Origin: Escherichia phage vB_EcoM_Kelasse
Sequence record: MW749001.1
Length of the DNA: 64,000 bases
Direction: 5' to 3' (one strand)
Shown: one piece after another, positions 48,829-64,000 of the stretch
Layout: every line of letters starts with the position of its first letter
Position numbering within the stretch: the stretch's first letter is position 1
The notes under the pieces: model-generated
What the model was told of the DNA's origin: nothing
What the model saw: only the letters and a program-made list of their open reading frames with translations
Database searches by the model: none
Translations under genes and position numbers: made by a program

Positions 48829-50636
48829 TGAAACAAAATATTAATATCGGTAATGTTGTTGATGATGGTACCGGTGACTACCTGCGTAAAGGTGGTATAA
48901 AAATAAATGAAAACTTTGATGAGCTTTATTATGAGCTTGGTGATGGAGATGTTCCATATTCAGCCGGTGCCTGGAAAACTTATGATGCTTCATCTGGCCA
49001 AACACTAAAAGCTGAGTGGGGGAAATCATACGCTATTAATACCTCTTCTGGAAGAGTAACTATAAATCTTCCAAAAGGAACTGTCAATGATTACAACAAG
49101 GTAATTAGAGCCAGAGACGTATTTGCTACATGGAACGTTAATCCAGTTACACTGGTAGCTGCTTCCGGTGATACGATTAAAGGGTCTGCAGTACCAGTTG
49201 AAATTAATGTTCAATTCAGCGATTTAGAATTAGTGTATTGTGCCCCAGGACGTTGGGAATATGTCAAAAATAAACAAATTGACAAAATTACCAGTTCAGA
49301 CATTAGTAATGTAGCTCGTAAAGAATTTTTAGTCGAAGTCCAAGGACAAACAGACTTTTTAGATGTTTTCCGTGGAACCAGTTATAATGTAAATAACATC
49401 AGAGTAAAACATCGTGGTAACGAATTATATTATGGCGATGTATTTAGCGAAAACAGCGATTTTGGCTCTCCGGGCGAAAATGAAGGAGAACTGGTTCCTC
49501 TTGATGGATTTAATATTCGATTAAGACAGCCTTGTAATATTGGTGACACTGTTCAAATTGAAACATTTATGGATGGTGTATCGCAGTGGAGAAGTTCATA
49601 TACAAGACGTCAAATTAGATTGTTAGATTCAAAATTAACGTCAAAAACTTCTTTAGAAGGAAGCATTTACGTTACTGATTTATCAACAATGAAATCAATT
49701 CCGTTTTCAGCTTTTGGATTAATTCCAGGTGAACCTATTAATCCTAATTCTCTCGAGGTCCGTTTTAATGGAATTTTACAAGAATTGGCTGGAACAGTTG
49801 GAATGCCATTATTTCATTGCGTTGGTGCCGATTCAGACGATGAAGTAGAATGCTCTGTTTTAGGTGGAACTTGGGAACAGTCTCATACTGACTATTCAGT
49901 TGAAACTGATGAAAACGGCATACCAGAAACATTGCACTTCGATAGAGTATTTGAGCATGGCGACATTATCAATATCACCTGGTTTAATAATGATTTAGGT
50001 ACATTATTAACAAAAGATGAGATTATTGATGAAACTGATAATCTCTATGTATCACAAGGACCGGGAGTAGATATTTCTGGCGATGTAAATTTAACAGACT
50101 TCGATAAAATTGGTTGGCCAAATGTAGAAGCAGTTCAATCTTATCAACGTGAATTTAATGCTGTTTCAAATATCTTTGATACGATTTATCCTATTGGAAC
50201 TATATATGAAAACGCTGTTAATCCAAATAACCCTGTTACATATATGGGATTCGGCTCATGGAAATTATTTGGGCAAGGAAAAGTTTTAGTTGGATGGAAT
50301 GAAGATATTTCGGACCCTAACTTTGCTCTAAATAACAACGATTTAGATTCTGGCGGAAATCCTTCGCATACTGCAGGTGGAACAGGTGGTTCTACTTCTG
50401 TTACATTGGAAAATGCTAATCTTCCTGCAACTGAAACAGATGAAGAAGTTCTAATAGTTGATGAAAATGGATCAGTCATTGTTGGTGGGTGTCAATACGA
50501 TCCAGATGAATCCGGTCCAATTTACACTAAATACCGTGAAGCTAAAGCATCTACTAACTCTACTCACACTCCGCCAACATCAATAACTAACATTCAACCA
50601 TATATTACAGTTTATCGTTGGATAAGGATTGCATAA
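48828..50636 (+). CDS. 10: gp10 baseplate wedge / short-tail-fibre attachment
   Basis: 602-aa ORF, T4 size and order. Confidence 0.9.
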   Translation: MKQNINIGNVVDDGTGDYLRKGGIKINENFDELYYELGDGDVPYSAGAWKTYDASSGQTLKAEWGKSYAINTSSGRVTINLPKGTVNDYNKVIRARDVFATWNVNPVTLVAASGDTIKGSAVPVEINVQFSDLELVYCAPGRWEYVKNKQIDKITSSDISNVARKEFLVEVQGQTDFLDVFRGTSYNVNNIRVKHRGNELYYGDVFSENSDFGSPGENEGELVPLDGFNIRLRQPCNIGDTVQIETFMDGVSQWRSSYTRRQIRLLDSKLTSKTSLEGSIYVTDLSTMKSIPFSAFGLIPGEPINPNSLEVRFNGILQELAGTVGMPLFHCVGADSDDEVECSVLGGTWEQSHTDYSVETDENGIPETLHFDRVFEHGDIINITWFNNDLGTLLTKDEIIDETDNLYVSQGPGVDISGDVNLTDFDKIGWPNVEAVQSYQREFNAVSNIFDTIYPIGTIYENAVNPNNPVTYMGFGSWKLFGQGKVLVGWNEDISDPNFALNNNDLDSGGNPSHTAGGTGGSTSVTLENANLPATETDEEVLIVDENGSVIVGGCQYDPDESGPIYTKYREAKASTNSTHTPPTSITNIQPYITVYRWIRIA

Positions 50637-51295
50637 TGAGTTTACTTAATAATAAAGCGGGAGTTATTTCCCGCTTAGCCGATTTTCTTGGTTTTAGACC
50701 TAAAGCTGGTAATATAGATGTAATGAATCGTCAATCAGTTGGGTCAGTGACAATTTCTCAATTAGCGAAAGGATTCTATGAACCAAACGTAGAATCAGCT
50801 ATTAATGATGTTCATAATTTTTCTATAAAAGACATTGGTACAATTATTACTAATAAAACTGGTGTTTCTCCTGAGGGTGTTTCTCAAACTGATTATTGGG
50901 CATTTTCTGGAACTGTAACAGACGATTCTCTTCCTCCGGGTTCTCCTGTCACAGTATTAGTATTTGGTCTTCCAGTTTCAGCAACAACTGGAATGACGGC
51001 AATTGAGTTTGTTGCAAAAGTTCGTGTTGCCCTTCAAGAAGCTATTGCGTCATTTACTGCTATCAACTCATATAAAGACCATCCGACAGATGGTAGTAAA
51101 TTAGAAGTTACTTATTTAGATAATCAAAAACATGTATTAAGCACATATTCTACATATGGAATAACTATTTCACAGGAAATTATTTCTGAGTCTAAACCTG
51201 GCTACGGTACATGGAATTTATTAGGCGCACAAACTGTAACTTTAGATAATCAGCAGACTCCTACAGTACTTTATCATTTTGAGAGAACAGCATGA
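50636..51295 (+). CDS. 11: gp11 baseplate wedge protein
   Basis: Frame 50618..51295; start at [10 protein letters not shown] gives 219 aa as in T4. Confidence 0.85.
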   Translation: MSLLNNKAGVISRLADFLGFRPKAGNIDVMNRQSVGSVTISQLAKGFYEPNVESAINDVHNFSIKDIGTIITNKTGVSPEGVSQTDYWAFSGTVTDDSLPPGSPVTVLVFGLPVSATTGMTAIEFVAKVRVALQEAIASFTAINSYKDHPTDGSKLEVTYLDNQKHVLSTYSTYGITISQEIISESKPGYGTWNLLGAQTVTLDNQQTPTVLYHFERTA

Positions 51296-52875
51296 GTAAT
51301 AATACATATCAACACGTTTCTAATGAATCTCGTTATGTAAAATTTGATCCAACTGGTACAAATTTTCCGGAAGAGATTACTGATGTTCAGGCTGCTATAG
51401 CAGCCATTTCTCCTGCTGGCGTAAATGGAGTTCCTGATGCATCGTCAACAACAAAGGGAATTTTATTTCTTGCCACTGAACAGGAAGTTATAGATGGAAC
51501 TAATAATACCAAAGCAGTTACACCGGCAACGTTGGCAACAAGATTATCATATCCAAATGCTACCGAAGAAGTTTATGGACTTACACGTTATTCAACAGAC
51601 GATGAAGCTGTAGCTGGTGTTAATAATGAATCATCTATAACTCCGGCTAAATTTACTACAGCAATTAATCACATTTTTGATACACGAATTTCTTCTGAAA
51701 GTTCACTTGGCGTTATTAAGTTATCATCTCTACCGCAAGCATTAGCTGGTGCAGATGATACTACTGCAATGACTCCATTAAAAACGCAGCAGTTAGCTAT
51801 TAAATTAATTGCGCAAATTGCTCCTTCTGAAACCACAGCTACCGAATCGGACCAAGGTGTTGTTCAATTAGCAACAGTAGCGCAGGTTCGTCAGGGAACT
51901 TTAAGAGAAGGCTATGCAATTTCTCCTTATACGTTTATGAATTCATCTGCTACTGAAGAATATAAAGGCGTAATTAAATTAGGAACACAGTCAGAAGTTA
52001 ACTCGAATAATGCTTCTGTTGCTGTTACTGGTGCAACTCTTAATGGTCGTGGTTCTACAACGTCAATGAGAGGCGTAGTTAAATTAACTACAACTGCCGG
52101 CTCACAGAGTGGAGGTGATGCTTCATCAGCACTAGCTTGGAATGCTGACGTTATCCATCAAAGAGGCGGTCAAACTATTAATGGAACACTCCGCATTAAT
52201 AACACGCTTACAATAGCTTCAGGTGGAGCAAATATTACCGGAACAGTTAACATGACCGGTGGTTATATTCAAGGTAAGCGTGTCGTAACACAAAATGAAA
52301 TTGATAGAACTATTCCTGTCGGAGCTATTATGATGTGGGCCGCTGATAGTCTTCCTAGTGATGCTTGGCGTTTTTGCCACGGTGGAACTGTTTCAGCGTC
52401 AGATTGTCCATTATATGCTTCTAGAATTGGAACAAGATATGGCGGAAGTTCATCAAATCCTGGATTACCTGATATGCGTGGTCTTTTTGTTCGCGGCTCT
52501 GGTCGTGGCTCTCACTTAACAAATCCAAATGTTAATGGTAATGACCAGTTTGGTAAGCCTAGATTAGGTGTAGGTTGTACTGGTGGATATGTTGGTGAAG
52601 TACAGAAACAACAGATGTCTTATCATAAACATGCTGGCGGATTTGGTGAGCATGATGATTCTGGAGCATTCGGTAATACCCGTAGATCAAATTTTGTTGG
52701 TACACGTAAAGGACTTGACTGGGATAACCGTTCATACTTCACCAATGACGGATACGAAATTGACCCGGCATCACAACGAAATTCCAAATATACATTAAAT
52801 CGTCCTGAATTAATTGGAAATGAAACACGTCCATGGAACATTTCTTTAAACTACATAATTAAGGTAAAAGAATGA
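51292..52875 (+). CDS. 12: gp12 short tail fibre
   Basis: 527-aa ORF, T4 size and order. Confidence 0.9.
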   Translation: MSNNTYQHVSNESRYVKFDPTGTNFPEEITDVQAAIAAISPAGVNGVPDASSTTKGILFLATEQEVIDGTNNTKAVTPATLATRLSYPNATEEVYGLTRYSTDDEAVAGVNNESSITPAKFTTAINHIFDTRISSESSLGVIKLSSLPQALAGADDTTAMTPLKTQQLAIKLIAQIAPSETTATESDQGVVQLATVAQVRQGTLREGYAISPYTFMNSSATEEYKGVIKLGTQSEVNSNNASVAVTGATLNGRGSTTSMRGVVKLTTTAGSQSGGDASSALAWNADVIHQRGGQTINGTLRINNTLTIASGGANITGTVNMTGGYIQGKRVVTQNEIDRTIPVGAIMMWAADSLPSDAWRFCHGGTVSASDCPLYASRIGTRYGGSSSNPGLPDMRGLFVRGSGRGSHLTNPNVNGNDQFGKPRLGVGCTGGYVGEVQKQQMSYHKHAGGFGEHDDSGAFGNTRRSNFVGTRKGLDWDNRSYFTNDGYEIDPASQRNSKYTLNRPELIGNETRPWNISLNYIIKVKE

Positions 52876-54335
52876 CAGATATTGTACTGAATGACTTACC
52901 ATTCGTTGACGGCCCTCCTGCGGAGGGCCAGAGCCGCATTTCCTGGATTAAAAACGGCGAAGAAATATTAGGAGCTGACACGCAGTATGGAAGCGAAGGT
53001 TCAATGAATAGACCTACAGTTTCTGTACTAAGAAATGTTGAAGTTCTTGATAAAAACATTGGAATACTTAAAACATCTTTAGAAACCGCAAATAGTGATA
53101 TTAAAACCATCCAGGGCATCTTAGATGTATCTGGTGATATAGAAGCTTTAGCACAAATAAGTATCAATAAAAAGGATATTTCTGACCTCAAAACGCTAAC
53201 CAGTGAACATACAGAAATATTAAATGGAACTAATAGTACAGTTGACAACATTCTTGCTGATATTGGTCCATTTAACTCCGAGGCCAACTCTGTATACAGA
53301 ACGATCAGAAATGATTTACTGTGGATAAAGCGTGAACTTGGACAATACACTGGTCAAGATATTAATGGTCTTCCTGTTGTAGGAAATCCTAGTAGTGGAA
53401 TGAAGCATCGCATTATTAATAATACTGATGTCATTACTTCACAGGGAATACGTTTAAGTGAATTAGAAACAAAATTTATTGAATCTGATGTAGGTTCTTT
53501 GACCATTGAAGTTGGTAATCTTCGCGAAGAGCTTGGACCGAAACCACCGTCTTTTTCACAAAACATTTACAGCCGCTTAAATGAAATTGACACTAAACAG
53601 ACAACAGTTGAGTCTGACATTAGTGCTATTAAGACCTCAATAGGATATCCAGGAAATAATTCGATTATTACGAGTGTTAATACAAACACTGATAATATTG
53701 CATCTATTAATTTAGAGCTAAATCAAAGTGGAGGTATTAAACAGCGTTTAACCGTTATTGAAACTTCTATTGGTTCAGATGATATTCCTTCGAGTATTAA
53801 AGGCCAAATCAAAGATAATACAACTTCAATCGAATCTTTAAATGGAATCGTCGGTGAAAACACTTCATCTGGTTTAAGAGCGAATGTTTCGTGGTTAAAC
53901 CAAATTGTTGGAACTGATTCTAGCGGTGGACAACCTTCTCCTCCTGGGTCTCTTTTAAACCGAGTTTCTACAATTGAAACTTCTGTTTCAGGCTTGAATA
54001 ACGATGTTCAAAACCTACAAGTAGAGATTGGTAATAACAGCACAGGAATTAAAGGGCAAGTTGTAGCGTTAAATACTTTAGTAAATGGAACTAATCCAAA
54101 CGGTTCAACTGTTGAAGAACGCGGATTAACCAATTCAATAAAAGCTAACGAAACTAACATTGCATCAGTTACACAAGAAGTGAATACAGCTAAAGGCAAT
54201 ATATCTTCTTTACAAGACGATGTTCAAGCTCTCCAAGAAGCCGGTTATATTCCTGAAGCTCCAAAAGATGGCCAAGCTTACGTTCGTAAAGACGGCGAAT
54301 GGGTATTACTTTCTACCTTTTTATCACCAGCATAA
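52872..54335 (+). CDS. wac: fibritin (whisker)
   Basis: 487-aa coiled-coil ORF ending in foldon-like [27 protein letters not shown]. Confidence 0.9.
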   Translation: MTDIVLNDLPFVDGPPAEGQSRISWIKNGEEILGADTQYGSEGSMNRPTVSVLRNVEVLDKNIGILKTSLETANSDIKTIQGILDVSGDIEALAQISINKKDISDLKTLTSEHTEILNGTNSTVDNILADIGPFNSEANSVYRTIRNDLLWIKRELGQYTGQDINGLPVVGNPSSGMKHRIINNTDVITSQGIRLSELETKFIESDVGSLTIEVGNLREELGPKPPSFSQNIYSRLNEIDTKQTTVESDISAIKTSIGYPGNNSIITSVNTNTDNIASINLELNQSGGIKQRLTVIETSIGSDDIPSSIKGQIKDNTTSIESLNGIVGENTSSGLRANVSWLNQIVGTDSSGGQPSPPGSLLNRVSTIETSVSGLNNDVQNLQVEIGNNSTGIKGQVVALNTLVNGTNPNGSTVEERGLTNSIKANETNIASVTQEVNTAKGNISSLQDDVQALQEAGYIPEAPKDGQAYVRKDGEWVLLSTFLSPA

Positions 54336-54338
54336 CAT

Positions 54339-54354
54339 GGGGCCGCAAGGCCCC
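54339..54354 (+). terminator. GNRA-tetraloop stem-loop after wac
   Basis: GGGGCCGCAAGGCCCC; U-run weak. Confidence 0.4.
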
Positions 54355-54366
54355 AAAGGATTTTAA

Positions 54367-56068
<1,702 letters not shown>

Positions 56069-56109
56069 TAAATATTATAAACTAATTAAAGCCCAGATTA
56101 GGAGAAATC

Positions 56110-59250
<3,141 letters not shown>

Positions 59251-59278
59251 TATTAAAGCATATTAAAGAGGATTAAAA

Positions 59279-61258
59279 ATGACTTTATTATCTCCGGGCA
59301 TTGAGCTCAAAGAAACTACGGTTCAAAGCACCGTGGTTAATAACTCTACTGGTACAGCAGCTTTGGCCGGTAAATTCCAGTGGGGTCCTGCTTTTCAGAT
59401 TAAACAGGTTACAAATGAAGTAGATTTAGTTAATACTTTTGGTCAACCAACCGCTGAAACTGCTGACTATTTTATGTCTGCGATGAATTTCTTGCAGTAC
59501 GGAAATGACTTACGAGTAGTTCGTGCTGTTGATAGAGATACCGCTAAAAACTCATCTCCGATTGCTGGTAATATTGAATACACAATTTCTACCCCAGGTA
59601 GTAACTATGCGGTTGGAGATAAAATCACGGTCAAATATGTTTCAGATGATATTGAAACTGAAGGTAAAATTACTGAAGTAGACGCAGATGGAAAAATTAA
59701 GAAAATTAATATTCCTACTGCAAAAATTATCGCTAAAGCGAAAGAAGTCGGTGAATATCCGGAATTAGGTTCTAACTGGACTGCGGAAATTTCTTCGTCT
59801 TCCTCTGGTTTAGCTGCAGTAATAACTCTTGGAAAAATTATTACTGATTCTGGTATTTTATTAGCTGAAATTGAAAATGCTGAAGCTGCTATGACAGCGG
59901 TTGACTTTCAAGCAAATCTCGAAAAATACGGAATTCCAGGAGTAGTAGCTCTTTATCCAGGCGAATTAGGCGATAAAATTGAAATTGAAATCGTATCTAA
60001 AGCTGACTATGCAAAAGGAGCTTCTGCATTACTCCCAATTTATCCAGGTGGTGGTACTCGTGCATCTACTGCCAAAGCAGTGTTTGGATATGGACCGCAA
60101 ACTGATTCACAGTACGCTATTATAGTTCGTCGTAATGATGCTATTGTTCAAAGCGTTGTTCTTTCAACTAAGCGTGGTGAAAAAGATATTTACGATAGTA
60201 ACATCTATATCGATGACTTTTTCGCAAAAGGTGGTTCAGAATATATTTTTGCAACTGCACAAAACTGGCCAGAAGGCTTCTCTGGAATTTTAACTCTGTC
60301 TGGTGGATTATCATCAAATGCTGAAGTAACAGCAGGAGATTTGATGGAAGCTTGGGACTTCTTTGCTGACCGTGAATCTGTAGATGTTCAATTGTTTATT
60401 GCTGGTTCTTGTGCCGGTGAATCTCTTGAAACAGCATCTACTGTACAAAAACATGTTGTTTCAATTGGTGATGCTCGCCAAGATTGCTTAGTACTGTGCT
60501 CACCACCGCGTGAAACTGTAGTTGGAATTCCTGTAACTCGTGCTGTTGATAACTTAGTCAACTGGAGAACGGCAGCAGGTTCATACACTGATAATAACTT
60601 TAATATCAGTTCAACCTACGCAGCAATTGATGGTAACTACAAGTATCAGTATGACAAATATAATGATGTAAATCGTTGGGTTCCATTAGCAGCTGATATT
60701 GCTGGTTTATGCGCGAGAACCGATAACGTTTCTCAGACTTGGATGTCTCCAGCTGGTTATAATCGCGGCCAGATTCTTAACGTTATTAAACTTGCTATTG
60801 AAACTCGCCAGGCGCAGCGCGATCGTTTATACCAAGAAGCTATCAACCCGGTAACTGGTACAGGTGGTGATGGTTACGTATTGTATGGTGATAAAACAGC
60901 TACTTCTGTTCCTTCTCCGTTTGATCGTATTAACGTTCGTCGTCTGTTTAATATGTTGAAAACGAATATCGGACGTAGTTCAAAATATCGTTTGTTCGAA
61001 TTAAACAATGCGTTTACTCGTTCATCATTCCGCACAGAAACTGCCCAGTACTTACAGGGAATTAAAGCTCTCGGTGGAATTTATGAATATCGTGTAGTTT
61101 GCGATACAACAAATAACACTCCGTCAGTAATTGATAGAAATGAGTTTGTTGCAACATTCTACATCCAACCGGCTCGTAGTATAAATTATATCCAACTTAA
61201 TTTCGTCGCAACTGCTACCGGTGCAGATTTTGATGAGTTAACTGGTCTTGCAGGTTAA
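59279..61258 (+). CDS. 18: gp18 contractile tail sheath protein
   Basis: 659-aa ORF preceded by TATAAATA at 59243; T4 size and order. Confidence 0.95.
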   Translation: MTLLSPGIELKETTVQSTVVNNSTGTAALAGKFQWGPAFQIKQVTNEVDLVNTFGQPTAETADYFMSAMNFLQYGNDLRVVRAVDRDTAKNSSPIAGNIEYTISTPGSNYAVGDKITVKYVSDDIETEGKITEVDADGKIKKINIPTAKIIAKAKEVGEYPELGSNWTAEISSSSSGLAAVITLGKIITDSGILLAEIENAEAAMTAVDFQANLEKYGIPGVVALYPGELGDKIEIEIVSKADYAKGASALLPIYPGGGTRASTAKAVFGYGPQTDSQYAIIVRRNDAIVQSVVLSTKRGEKDIYDSNIYIDDFFAKGGSEYIFATAQNWPEGFSGILTLSGGLSSNAEVTAGDLMEAWDFFADRESVDVQLFIAGSCAGESLETASTVQKHVVSIGDARQDCLVLCSPPRETVVGIPVTRAVDNLVNWRTAAGSYTDNNFNISSTYAAIDGNYKYQYDKYNDVNRWVPLAADIAGLCARTDNVSQTWMSPAGYNRGQILNVIKLAIETRQAQRDRLYQEAINPVTGTGGDGYVLYGDKTATSVPSPFDRINVRRLFNMLKTNIGRSSKYRLFELNNAFTRSSFRTETAQYLQGIKALGGIYEYRVVCDTTNNTPSVIDRNEFVATFYIQPARSINYIQLNFVATATGADFDELTGLAG

Positions 61259-61903
61259 TTGATTATGGGGCTTCGGCCCCTATTCTCGAGGAAACAAGTG
61301 ATTATTTCTAAGTTTGTTACAATAAAACCAAGAAATCATTCAAAAATGTGGTCGACAATTCTGGGATATAAAGTATCATATCATGATACAGTATCTGTTC
61401 CAATAGAATTAATGCCAAAGAATAGTAATAAAATAGTTGACGCTAAATGTGATTTGTGTGGTACTAAATTTAGTAGAAGCATTCAACTTTTAAATAGAAC
61501 ACCCACACATGCATGTAGAAAATGTAGCATTAAACAAGTTGCTATTAAAAATTCGGAAGTTCAATCTGGAATAAGCAGACCATGGCAAAGAGGTGATAAA
61601 CATCCTCGATGGACTGGCAAAAGAAAAGAGTTTGCATTATATGCTAGTAGAGTTCATTCTATAACTAAGTCAGCTAAAATAAGAAAAATCTGGTCAAAAT
61701 GGCCGAATGCTGATAAAATAGGAATGTGCGGCGTAGAAGGTGCTTATCAACTCGATCATAAAGTATCTATCAAATATGGATTTGATAATTTAATTCCGCC
61801 GGAAATTATAGCAAGTGTAAAAAATTTAGAAATAATCACTTGGGAATCTAACCGAGAAAAGTCAAAAAGAAATAGCGTAGATCTTTGGGATTTACTAGAA
61901 TGA
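61259..61903 (+). CDS. putative free-standing HNH-family endonuclease (start uncertain)
   Basis: Zinc ribbon CDLCG...CRKC and D-H...N...N core (YQLDHKVSIKYGF...NLEIITWESN) in a basic ORF lying between genes 18 and 19; the first codons overlap a GGGGCTTCGGCCCC hairpin, so the start may be the Met at 61346. Confidence 0.55.
   Translation: MIMGLRPLFSRKQVIISKFVTIKPRNHSKMWSTILGYKVSYHDTVSVPIELMPKNSNKIVDAKCDLCGTKFSRSIQLLNRTPTHACRKCSIKQVAIKNSEVQSGISRPWQRGDKHPRWTGKRKEFALYASRVHSITKSAKIRKIWSKWPNADKIGMCGVEGAYQLDHKVSIKYGFDNLIPPEIIASVKNLEIITWESNREKSKRNSVDLWDLLE
61267..61280 (+). terminator. UUCG-tetraloop stem-loop after gene 18
   Basis: GGGGCUUCGGCCCC 9 nt after the gene 18 stop. Confidence 0.5.
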
Positions 61904-61910
61904 TTCTAAA

Positions 61911-61928
61911 GGCCTGTTTCGGCAGGCC
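61911..61928 (+). terminator. stem-loop after the HNH ORF
   Basis: GGCCUG-UUUCGG-CAGGCC inverted repeat directly after the stop. Confidence 0.4.
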
Positions 61929-61929
61929 A

Positions 61930-61937
61930 TATAAATA
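61930..61937 (+). promoter_or_regulatory. late promoter TATAAATA (distal, after the HNH ORF)
   Basis: Octamer directly after the hairpin that follows the HNH ORF. Confidence 0.55.
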
Positions 61938-61988
61938 CACTATATCCTTAATTCTTTAATTCTATATGCCCTAGGTTAAACATAGGGA

Positions 61989-61996
61989 TATAAATA
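61989..61996 (+). promoter_or_regulatory. late promoter TATAAATA for gene 19 (proximal)
   Basis: Octamer 15 nt upstream of the gene 19 ATG. Confidence 0.65.
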
Positions 61997-62010
61997 CTAC
62001 AGAGGCTAAT

Positions 62011-62502
62011 ATGTTTGTAGATGATGTAACACGAGCGTTTGAATCTGGTGATTTTGCTCGACCTAACTTATTCCAAGTAGAAATTTCTTATCTTGGACAA
62101 AATTTTACGTTTCAATGTAAAGCCACTGCTTTACCAGCTGGTATTGTAGAAAAAATTCCAGTCGGATTTATGAACCGTAAAATTAACGTAGCAGGCGATC
62201 GTACATTCGATGACTGGACTGTTACAGTAATGAACGATGAGGCACATGATGCTCGCCAGAAGTTTGTTGATTGGCAAAGCATTGCCGCAGGACAAGGGAA
62301 CGAAATTACTGGTGGAAAACCAGCAGAGTATAAAAAGAGCGCTGTTGTTCGCCAATATGCTCGTGATGCTAAAACTGTAACAAAAGAAGTCGAAATTAAA
62401 GGCCTGTGGCCTACTAACGTGGGTGAACTTCAATTAGATTGGGATTCAAACAATGAAATCCAAACCTTTGAAGTAACTCTTGCTCTCGATTATTGGGAAT
62501 AA
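62011..62502 (+). CDS. 19: gp19 tail tube protein
   Basis: 163-aa ORF MFVDDVTRAFESGDFARPNLFQVEISYLGQNFTFQ... recognised as T4 gp19. Confidence 0.95.
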   Translation: MFVDDVTRAFESGDFARPNLFQVEISYLGQNFTFQCKATALPAGIVEKIPVGFMNRKINVAGDRTFDDWTVTVMNDEAHDARQKFVDWQSIAAGQGNEITGGKPAEYKKSAVVRQYARDAKTVTKEVEIKGLWPTNVGELQLDWDSNNEIQTFEVTLALDYWE

Positions 62503-62509
62503 AATGAAT

Positions 62510-62523
62510 GGGGAGAAATCCCC
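62510..62523 (+). terminator. GNRA-tetraloop stem-loop after gene 19
   Basis: GGGGAGAAAUCCCC 8 nt after the gene 19 stop. Confidence 0.45.
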
Positions 62524-62534
62524 ATCCTGCTTAA

Positions 62535-64000
<1,466 letters not shown>

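Overview
This window is a segment of a T4-like (T-even) Escherichia myovirus genome, very close to T4 but not identical. The left 38.6 kb is a dense array of early/middle genes, all on the minus strand: gene 55 (late sigma factor), nrdG-nrdD-49, nrdC, a long run of small unknown ORFs, rI-tk, regB, a GrcA-like glycyl-radical protein, denV, lysozyme e, nudE, an 11-gene tRNA array, ipI-57B-57A-1-3-2-4. At 38.65 kb the strand switches through back-to-back TATAAATA late promoters into the plus-strand late structural module: 53, 5, 5.1, 5.4, 6-12, wac, 13-18, a free-standing HNH endonuclease-like ORF, 19 and the start of 20. Gene calls rest on protein sequences I recognise (endonuclease VII, T4 lysozyme, nrdC thioredoxin, dNMP kinase, tk, denV, E. 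coli GrcA C-terminus), on motifs, and on T4 gene order and sizes; no database search was run. Features that differ from my recollection of T4 and deserve a second look: three extra tRNAs (Tyr, Asn, His; the GUN/queuosine family), five capsid-targeting-sequence internal-protein candidates in repeat-flanked cassettes, an intronless nrdD, an HNH ORF between genes 18 and 19, an ATPase/nucleotidyltransferase/membrane-protein cluster, a tandem coiled-coil protein family, and a macro-domain ORF. Most small ORFs have no assignable function. I found no single large foreign system; the candidates above are the places to look.
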